In this document: positions 1 through 5,955 of the stretch, one piece after another
Position numbering within the stretch: position 1 is the stretch's first letter
How the letters are laid out: the number at the start of each line of letters is the position of its first letter
Virus record (IMG/VR): IMGVR_UViG_2681813321_000012
Span: 1 to 7,589 of that record
Source: a virus
Taxonomy: Duplodnaviria > Heunggongvirae > Uroviricota > Caudoviricetes
Reading direction: 5' to 3' (one strand)
Length of the DNA: 7,589 bases
Notes under the pieces: generated by a model
Seen by the model: only the letters and a program-made list of their open reading frames with translations
What the model was told of the DNA's origin: nothing
The model's database searches: none
Translations under genes and position numbers: made by a program

Positions 1-532
1 GTCGGTCCTGCACGAACGTCAGCGTCTGCCCGTTCCATACCGGCATACAGCGCATCGCCGAGCAGAAATCACTGAGCACATCCCACGCCTTGCGCTGTGT
101 GGTCAGGTACGCATTACAGGTAATGCGCGGCTCCGTGCCGCCAAAGCCATCCGGCACTGACTGGTCGCAGTACTGGCCGATGACATACAGCGCCCATTTG
201 TCCACATCCGCCGCACCAAGACGTTTCCCCATGCCGTAGCGTGGATGGGTCAGCATATCCCACAGACACCAGGCCATGTTGTTGCTGTATGCCGGTTTAA
301 ACGTTCCGTCCCAGATACCGCTGTATTGCCGCGTCTGCGGGTTATAATTCGACGGCACCTGCAGAATACGCCCGCGCAGATGATAATTACGGCTCACCTG
401 CTGGCTGCCGAACTGCTCCGAGTCCACCTGCACGCCGACCAGTGCCGTGTTCGGGTAGCCCTGTTTCACATCGATGATTTCGGTGTATGACGACCAGAGC
501 GTTTTGTTCTGCAGCTGGTCTGTGGTGCTGTC
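1..532 (-). CDS. J: Tail tip host-specificity protein J, internal fragment (partial at both ends); diverged second copy of 703-1234
   Basis: Seen in sequence: 1-532 aligns base for base with 703-1234 (offset 702, a multiple of 3), with scattered mismatches (e.g. 65 g vs 767 a). The minus-strand J frame stays open to the window edge, which is why no stop-bounded ORF is reported. Interpreted as the end of a separate contig or paralogous copy. Confidence 0.6.
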
Positions 533-542
533 NNNNNNNNNN
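533..542. other. Run of 10 N (assembly or scaffold gap placeholder)
   Basis: Ten consecutive n characters; the flanking sequence is duplicated elsewhere in the window. Confidence 0.95.
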
Positions 543-1792
543 ACAAGCTCTGTCGCCGTCTCCCAGCCGTTATTCGGGTCAATCCAGTTCACCTCAACGG
601 CATTATGGCGGTCCTTCAGGGCGCTGAAGCTGTAGCGGAACGGCGCGCCATCATCCGGCATCACCACATTACTGCGGTTATAGGTCCACACCTTATCTGA
701 TGGTCGGTCCTGCACGAACGTCAGCGTCTGCCCGTTCCATACCGGCATACAGCGCATCGCCGAGCAAAAATCACTGAGCACATCCCACGCCTTGCGCTGT
801 GTGGTCAGGTACGCATTACAGGTAATGCGCGGCTCCGTGCCGCCAAAGCCATCCGGCACTGACTGGTCGCAATTCTGGCCGATGACATACAGCGCCCATT
901 TATCCACATCCGCTGCACCAAGACGTTTCCCCATGCCGTAGCGCGGATGGGTCAGCATATCCCACAGACACCAGGCCATGTTGTTGCTGTATGCCGGTTT
1001 AAACGTTCCGTCCCAGATACCGCTGTATTGCCGCGTCTGCGGGTTATAATTCGACGGCACCTGCAGAATACGCCCGCGCAGATGATAATTACGGCTCACC
1101 TGCTGGCTGCCGAACTGCTCCGAGTCCACCTGCACGCCGACCAGTGCCGTGTTCGGGTAGCCCTGTTTCACATCGATGATTTCGGTGTATGACGACCAGA
1201 GCGTTTTGTTCTGCAGCTGGTCTGTGGTGCTGTCCGGCGTCATTCTGCGCATCCGGATATTAAACGGGCGCGGCGGCAGGTTATCCACCACCACCGAGGC
1301 CAGATACTGCGAGGTGGTTTTGCCCTTAATGGTGATGTCTTTTTCCGTCACCCAGCCACCGTTACGCTGTATCTGAACCAGCAGGCGGACTTCCGACGGA
1401 TTCCGGTCCCCCTTTGAGGTGGTTTCCACCAGTGCCTGCACACCGAAGGTAAAGCGCAGACGGTCGATGTTTGCCGACGTGATGGTCCGGGTGATCGGCG
1501 TGTCATATTTCACTTCCGTACCCAGCACCGTCTCGGAGCCGGAGGATTCAAATCCCTCCGGCGGTGTCTGCTCCTGCTCACCTGCCCGGAACACCACCGT
1601 GACACCGGATATATTGGTATTCCCCTCACTGTCCAGCACCGGCGTACTGTTCAGCAGCACGCTTTTTAATCCGTCCACCGGACCTTCAACCGGCCCTTCG
1701 CTGATGGCATCGATCACACTCAGCAGCTGCGTGGACTTCAGGTTGTCCCTCGCTTCGCGCGGGGTATGCCCCTTACTGCTTCCTTTACCCAT
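543..1792 (-). CDS. J: Tail tip host-specificity protein / central tail fibre J, N-terminal ~416 codons (3' end interrupted by the N run)
   Basis: Manual translation of the minus strand from the ATG at 1792-1790 gives MGKGSSKGHTPREARDNLKST, matching the lambda gpJ N-terminus as I recall it (MGKGSSKGHTPREAKDNLKS). A purine-rich GGAG/GAGGA motif lies just upstream (1793-1804). The ORF track shows no minus-strand ORF here, consistent with an open frame lacking a stop in the window. Gene order after I matches lambda. Confidence 0.9.
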
Positions 1793-1804
1793 TCCTCACA
1801 CTCC

Positions 1805-1833
1805 ATAAACAACAAAGCCGCCCAAAAGGCGGC
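1805..1833 (-). terminator. Rho-independent terminator downstream of the lipoprotein gene
   Basis: Minus-strand reading: GCCGCC-TTTTG-GGCGGC hairpin (plus 1817-1833, 6-bp all-GC stem, 5-nt loop) followed directly by the U-rich tract TTTGTTGTTTAT (plus 1816-1805). It sits about 25 nt after the lipoprotein stop codon. Confidence 0.55.
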
Positions 1834-1858
1834 TCATGAGTTACGACAGGATTAACTA

Positions 1859-2197
1859 TTATTTACATGCATTAACACTATCAGCAAAAATTTTTGGCGT
1901 TAATGCTGGTACACGTTCATAAAGAGTAAAACTACTGCCATTTCCTGCTTTTTTGATATCAAGCACAACATCATATCCCCCCATAGCCTGTGGAACTAAA
2001 AGGCTTACCCCATTCTCAATAGGAAGGGATGTTATAGGTGTTCCATTACCAGCCCATTGTCTGGATATGCAGCCTGACAATTCATCAATATTTTTTAATG
2101 AATTACCTTCCATTACAGGTTTTCCGGATTTTACGTAATCCAAAGATTTACATCCTGTTAAGGCAATAATCGTGCAGAATAAAATCGTTTTGTTCAT
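1859..2197 (-). CDS. Predicted outer-membrane lipoprotein of unknown function (moron between I and J), 112 aa
   Basis: The ORF track gives 1859-2209 with a TTG first codon; I prefer the in-frame ATG at 2197-2195, which yields MNKTILFCTIIALTGC... This has a typical lipoprotein signal peptide: basic N-terminus, hydrophobic core and lipobox L-T-G-C. The residue after the lipidated Cys is Lys, not Asp, so Lol sorting to the outer membrane is expected. Hand-counted GC is about 33-37% against roughly 60% or more in the neighbouring tail genes. I do not recognise the protein family. Confidence 0.75.
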   Translation of the reverse strand: MNKTILFCTIIALTGCKSLDYVKSGKPVMEGNSLKNIDELSGCISRQWAGNGTPITSLPIENGVSLLVPQAMGGYDVVLDIKKAGNGSSFTLYERVPALTPKIFADSVNACK

Positions 2198-2270
2198 ATA
2201 GCTAACCAATAGAATAATTATCAGTGTTCGATATAAATATTAAATCAGTTAGAACATGAGTAAAATAATA
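2198..2270 (-). promoter_or_regulatory. AT-rich intergenic region upstream of the lipoprotein gene; possible moron promoter
   Basis: 73-nt AT-rich spacer between the I stop (2271) and the lipoprotein ATG (2197). On the minus strand it contains a GATAAT (-10-like) hexamer at plus 2217-2222, preceded by TG two bases upstream. I found no convincing -35 or Shine-Dalgarno motif. Speculative. Confidence 0.2.
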
Positions 2271-2912
2271 TTACCGCCCAATTACCACAACCTGACCACC
2301 ATCCCCTTCATCTGCCGTGCTGATCTCCTGAGATGCCACACGTGACCCCACGCGCATTTCACCGTACAGAACAGGCAGGACATTGCCCTGGGCAACCATG
2401 TTATCCAGTGAGGAGAAATAGGTGTTCTGTTTGCCGTTATCCGTTGTCTGTGTACGGGGAGTTCTGGCTTTCGGTGCCAGCATCTGCGCCACACCACCAA
2501 GCGTCATCGCCGCACCCATTGAAAAGAGAATGTCACTGAAAGCGATACTGATCCCCGGCATCCAGATTGCCGTAGCAATCAACGCCGCACCCAGCACCGC
2601 CTGAAACACACCGCCACTTTTTGCTCCCGCAAGACGCGGCACGATGTGGATCACGGCACCATTTGCCAGCGGCTCATTAAGACGGGATGATAATTCGGTT
2701 TCTCCTGCATCCCGCCCGGCAATCCGTACCTGATACCAGCCATCGCTCAGTTTCTGACGAAACGCCGGGAGCTGTGTGGCCAGTGCCCGGATGGCTTCAG
2801 CCCCCGTTTTCACACGAAGGTCGATGCGGCGGCCAAATCGTTGCAAATCCCCGTAAAGGCAGATGCGTGCCATGCCCGGTGACGCCAGAGGGAGTGTGTG
2901 CGTCGCTGCCAT
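2271..2912 (-). CDS. I: Tail tip assembly protein I, 213 aa
   Basis: The translation MAATHTLPLASPGMARICLYGDLQRFGRRIDLRVKTGAEAIRALATQLP... matches lambda gpI as I recall it. It has a central hydrophobic Gly/Ala-rich segment and a C-terminus ending ...DEGDGGQVVVIGR. ATG at 2912 with GAGAGG about 12 nt upstream. The 5' end overlaps the 3' end of K by 103 nt in a different frame, the same overlap I recall from the lambda map. Confidence 0.9.
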   Translation of the reverse strand: MAATHTLPLASPGMARICLYGDLQRFGRRIDLRVKTGAEAIRALATQLPAFRQKLSDGWYQVRIAGRDAGETELSSRLNEPLANGAVIHIVPRLAGAKSGGVFQAVLGAALIATAIWMPGISIAFSDILFSMGAAMTLGGVAQMLAPKARTPRTQTTDNGKQNTYFSSLDNMVAQGNVLPVLYGEMRVGSRVASQEISTADEGDGGQVVVIGR

Positions 2913-3553
2913 TTGTCGGTATACCTCTCTCGTTTGCTCAGTTGTTCAGGAATATGGTGCAGCAGCTCGCCATCACCACAGTAAATAGCGGCATGATTCG
3001 GCACCGATGAACCAAAGCAGCACAGCAGCACATCGCCCGGCTGCGCCGCTGACAACGGCACCTGATACAGCCCCGTTGCCTCCAGATTATCCAGATAGAG
3101 ATTCTGACCGTGACGCCACCAGTCATCCTCACGATGAAAGTCCGGCATCTCAATCCCCGCCAGATGGTAAGCATCCCGGAACAGTGTGTAACAGTCCGTC
3201 ACCCCGTACTCAAAGCGCCGCCCGGTGAGATGCGGCACACAGCGGAACTTGTGAATCGCCCCCCGGCAGACCAGCCACCACGGCAAATCGCTCTGCACCT
3301 GTAGCCGCCGGTCAGCCTCACTCAGCCAGGGCAGACCACCGGGGTGGCTGTGGACCAGCGCCACAATCTCACCCTGCATCTCTGCCTGCAGCCAGTCCTC
3401 CGGAGCCATCCGGAAATAATCCTCCGGCTCACCGGAAATATTCACGCCGGGAAAATATCTTTCCCCCTCCGGCGTTCTCACCACGAAGCCGCACGACTCC
3501 GCTGGCGCACATCGCCGGGCGTGCGCCAGAATCGCTGATTCTGTCTCTGTCAT
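2810..3553 (-). CDS. K: Tail tip assembly protein K (MPN/JAMM-like plus NlpC/P60-like domains), 247 aa as called from the first ATG
   Basis: Translation contains H-S-H-x7-S-x2-D (HSHPGGLPWLSEAD), a JAMM/MPN metalloprotease signature, and a downstream Cys/His region (TDCYTLF ... NHAAIY) typical of NlpC/P60. The ATG at 3553 is 5 nt after the L stop. An alternative internal ATG at 3409, preceded by GGAGGA, would give the 199-aa form annotated for lambda K. Confidence 0.85.
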   Translation of the reverse strand: MTETESAILAHARRCAPAESCGFVVRTPEGERYFPGVNISGEPEDYFRMAPEDWLQAEMQGEIVALVHSHPGGLPWLSEADRRLQVQSDLPWWLVCRGAIHKFRCVPHLTGRRFEYGVTDCYTLFRDAYHLAGIEMPDFHREDDWWRHGQNLYLDNLEATGLYQVPLSAAQPGDVLLCCFGSSVPNHAAIYCGDGELLHHIPEQLSKRERYTDKWQRRTHSLWRHRAWHASAFTGICNDLAAASTFV

Positions 3554-3558
3554 GGGAT

Positions 3559-4257
3559 TTACTGCGAAAGTTTGTTAATGGAAAGGAAGCCGCCAAAGTT
3601 GCCGACGTTATTGCGAAACTTACAACCGCTCAGGCATTTGCTGCATTTATCCTTCGTGATATCGGACGTTGGCTGGTCATATTCATCCGCGACCGCCGGA
3701 CCGTGATAACCGCACTCATCGCCGCGATAGGTCCAGGTGCAGGTGTTGGCCAGCATGATACGTCCCGGAAAAACAGCGCCGTCCGTTTCCGTCGGCGTGG
3801 ACAGTACAAAGGAGGCACTGACCGCGCTCAGTTCGCTGCACTGCTCGATGCGCCAGCGGCTGATCACCTCCTGCTCCGGATCGGCGTCGCTGTTTCCGTT
3901 GACGAAATTCACCGCATCCAGAAAACGGGCGTAAACCTTACGCCTGACCACCGTTCCGCCGACCAGACTCTGCATATCTTCCGCCATGCCGGTGACCATA
4001 CCGTACAGGTTAGAAACCGTCAGCGTGGGGCGCGTACTGGTGCCTTTGCCATTCAGTTCAAAACCACTCCCCTGAATGGGATACGGCTGATACTGTCGCC
4101 CCTGCCAGGTGACCGGCTCACCTTTTTCGTTCTGCTCATTACAGAAAAAATAACGTTCTCCACCGACCTCTGTCAGGTCGATTTCCCAGAGCACCACGCT
4201 GGCAGACTGCTCCGCACGGGTGCATTCATTCAGTGTTTCCTGTCGGATATCCTGCAT
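3559..4257 (-). CDS. L: Tail tip complex protein L, 232 aa
   Basis: The translation MQDIRQETLNECTRAEQSASVVLWEIDLTEVGGERYFFCNEQ... has the same length as lambda gpL. The C-terminus carries clustered cysteines (CTWTYRGDEC ... CSKCLSGC). The start ATG overlaps the M stop (TGATG at 4259-4255). Confidence 0.95.
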   Translation of the reverse strand: MQDIRQETLNECTRAEQSASVVLWEIDLTEVGGERYFFCNEQNEKGEPVTWQGRQYQPYPIQGSGFELNGKGTSTRPTLTVSNLYGMVTGMAEDMQSLVGGTVVRRKVYARFLDAVNFVNGNSDADPEQEVISRWRIEQCSELSAVSASFVLSTPTETDGAVFPGRIMLANTCTWTYRGDECGYHGPAVADEYDQPTSDITKDKCSKCLSGCKFRNNVGNFGGFLSINKLSQ

Positions 4258-4586
4258 CAGTTCACCACCTGTTCAAACTCTGCGCTGAACTCAACACGCA
4301 GCATACTGACCCGCGACGACCATTTTGCGCAGGTCACCTTTATCTGCCGGTAGCCATAAGGCGGCGTCCACAGAAAGGCCTTCCAGCCCCCGTGCTCAGC
4401 CAGAAACGACTCCAGCGCCGCGGCCTCCCAACGGGGAACAGAAAGCGTCACGCTGTACGTTTTCAGGTCAGTGTTCAGCCCGGCAGGCGCTCGCTGGGAA
4501 TAGCCATCACCAAAGCGCACCTTTCTTACGGAAGGGGCAGAAGCCACATCCATACCGGGTTTCACTTTCCAGCGGAAGGTTTTCAT
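4257..4586 (-). CDS. M: Tail tip complex protein M, 109 aa
   Basis: The translation MKTFRWKVKPGMDV...EFSAEFEQVVN has the same length as lambda gpM. The start overlaps the stop of the upstream H fragment (ATGA at 4586-4583). Confidence 0.95.
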   Translation of the reverse strand: MKTFRWKVKPGMDVASAPSVRKVRFGDGYSQRAPAGLNTDLKTYSVTLSVPRWEAAALESFLAEHGGWKAFLWTPPYGYRQIKVTCAKWSSRVSMLRVEFSAEFEQVVN

Positions 4587-5182
4587 CGTCCACCTCCGGA
4601 GAACAGACCACCATCGCGCATCTGCCCGGTCACAACATCCATTGCCGCCTTACGGGCTACGTCATAAACAGCCTTCAGTGCCTGTGGCCCTATCTGACCG
4701 TTCGTGCCGTCGTTGTTAATCACCACATGGTTATTCTGCTCAAACGTCCCGGACGCCTGCGACCGGCTGTCCGCCATGCTGCCCGGTGTACCGACATAAC
4801 CGCCGGTGGCATAGCCGCGCATCAGCCGGTAGAGATTCCCCACGCCAATCCGTCTGGTTGCCTCCTTCGTGAAGACGAATTCACCGCGGTGAACAATTCC
4901 CGCTGGCTCATATTTGCCGCCGGTTCCCGTAAATCCTCCGGTTGCAAAATGGAATTTCGCCGCAGCTGCCTGAATGGCTGTACCGCCTGATGCGGATGCG
5001 CCGCCACCAACAGCCCCGCCAATGGCGCTACCGATACTCCCGACAATCCCCACCATTGCCTGCTTAAGCAGAATTTCTGTCATCATGGACAGCACGGAAC
5101 GGGTGAAGCTGCGCCAGTTCTGCTCACTGCCGGTCAGCATCGCTGCCATATTCTGTGCAATACCGTCAAAGGTCTGCGTGGC
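4583..5182 (-). CDS. H: Tape measure protein H, C-terminal 200 codons (5' end interrupted by the N run)
   Basis: Translation ATQTFDGIAQNMAAMLTGSEQNWRSF ... MRDGGLFSGGGR is a diverged copy of the C-terminus of the H ORF at 5952-7589. It includes a Gly/Ala-rich hydrophobic segment. The track fuses it to the L fragment on the other side of the gap as a 347-aa ORF with XXXX, which I treat as an artefact. Confidence 0.85.
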   Translation of the reverse strand, partial: ATQTFDGIAQNMAAMLTGSEQNWRSFTRSVLSMMTEILLKQAMVGIVGSIGSAIGGAVGGGASASGGTAIQAAAAKFHFATGGFTGTGGKYEPAGIVHRGEFVFTKEATRRIGVGNLYRLMRGYATGGYVGTPGSMADSRSQASGTFEQNNHVVINNDGTNGQIGPQALKAVYDVARKAAMDVVTGQMRDGGLFSGGGR

Positions 5183-5192
5183 NNNNNNNNNN
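5183..5192. other. Run of 10 N (assembly or scaffold gap placeholder)
   Basis: Ten consecutive n characters; the flanks are duplicated elsewhere in the window (offset 1369). Confidence 0.95.
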
Positions 5193-5626
5193 GCGCTCAG
5201 TTCGCTGCACTGCTCGATGCGCCAGCGGCTGATCACCTCCTGCTCCGGATCGGCGTAACTGTTTCCGTTGACGAAGTTCACCGCATCCAGAAAACGGGCG
5301 TAAACCTTACGCCGGACCACCGTTCCGCCGACCAGACTCTGCATATCTTCCGCCATCCCGGTGACCATACCGTACAGGTTAGAAACCGTCAGCGTGGGGC
5401 GCGTACTGGTGCCTTTGCCATTCAGTTCAAAACCGCTCCCCTGAATGGGATACGGCTGATACTGTCGCCCCTGCCAGGTGACCGGCTCACCTTTTTCGTT
5501 CTGCTCATTACAGAAAAAATAACGTTCTCCACCGACCTCTGTCAGGTCGATTTCCCAGAGCACCACGCTGGCCGACTGCTCCGCACGGGTGCATTCATTC
5601 AGTGTTTCCTGCCGGATATCCTGCAT
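5193..5626 (-). CDS. L: Tail tip complex protein L, N-terminal 144 codons (3' end interrupted by the N run); second copy
   Basis: Translation MQDIRQETLNECTRAEQ ... RIEQCSELS is identical to the N-terminal part of L at 3559-4257 except for one residue (Y vs D in VNGNS[Y/D]ADPEQ). Confidence 0.85.
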
Positions 5627-5955
5627 CAGTTCACCACCTGTTCAAACTCTGCGCTGAACTCAACACGTAACATACTGACCCGCGATGTCCATTTTGCGCA
5701 GGTCACCCTGATCTGCCGCCAGCCATAAGGCGGCGTCCACAGAAAGGCTTTCCAGCCCCCGTGCTCAGCCAGAAACGACTCCAGCGCCCTGGCCTCCTCG
5801 CGGGAGACAGAAAGCGTCACGCTGTACGTTTTCAGGTCAGCATTCAGCCCGGCAGGCGCACGCTGGGAATAGCCATCACCAAAGCGCACCTCCCTGACGG
5901 AAGGAGCCGATGTCACATCCATCCCGGGTTTCACTTTCCAGCGGAAGGTTTTCAT
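5626..5955 (-). CDS. M: Tail tip complex protein M, 109 aa (second, diverged copy)
   Basis: Same length and start/stop overlaps as the M gene at 4257-4586. The two proteins differ at 9 of 109 positions by my hand alignment. Confidence 0.95.
   Translation of the reverse strand: MKTFRWKVKPGMDVTSAPSVREVRFGDGYSQRAPAGLNADLKTYSVTLSVSREEARALESFLAEHGGWKAFLWTPPYGWRQIRVTCAKWTSRVSMLRVEFSAEFEQVVN

Larger units (their letters stand above)
1..1234. repeat. Direct near-identical repeat pair (1-532 and 703-1234) flanking the first N run
   Basis: Direct comparison: 1-60 equals 703-762 exactly. Mismatches further on include 65 g vs 767 a, two in the gcagtactgg/gcaattctgg stretch, and two in catttgtcc...ccgccgc vs catttatcc...ccgctgc. 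Confidence 0.9.

Noticed and set aside
245-490. Plus-strand 81-aa ORF, and its identical twin at 947-1192
   Set aside because: Arg/His-rich low-complexity translation on the strand opposite J; the two copies are identical only because of the 1-532 / 703-1234 duplication. Antisense shadow ORFs.
1-1234. Genuine tandem duplication within J generating a longer fibre
   Set aside because: The copy boundary coincides exactly with an N run and the same pattern recurs at the second gap, which is better explained by an assembly join; cannot be excluded without reads.
1176-1808. Plus-strand ORFs 1176-1376 and 1419-1808
   Set aside because: They lie antisense to the J N-terminal coding region, whose minus-strand translation matches lambda J. 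Ser/Pro/Thr-rich composition with no recognisable motif.
1953-2138. Plus-strand 61-aa ORF inside the AT-rich island
   Set aside because: Entirely antisense to the lipoprotein ORF, which has a convincing signal peptide and lipobox; no start context of its own.
1859-2209. TTG at 2209 as the lipoprotein start (116-aa form)
   Set aside because: The in-frame ATG at 2197 places the basic-hydrophobic-lipobox signal peptide right at the N-terminus; the four extra residues (MVSY) are not needed.
4583-5626. 347-aa minus-strand ORF with XXXX
   Set aside because: Reads through the 10-N gap and fuses the L N-terminus to the H C-terminus; an artefact of the gap, split into two partial CDS in the feature list.
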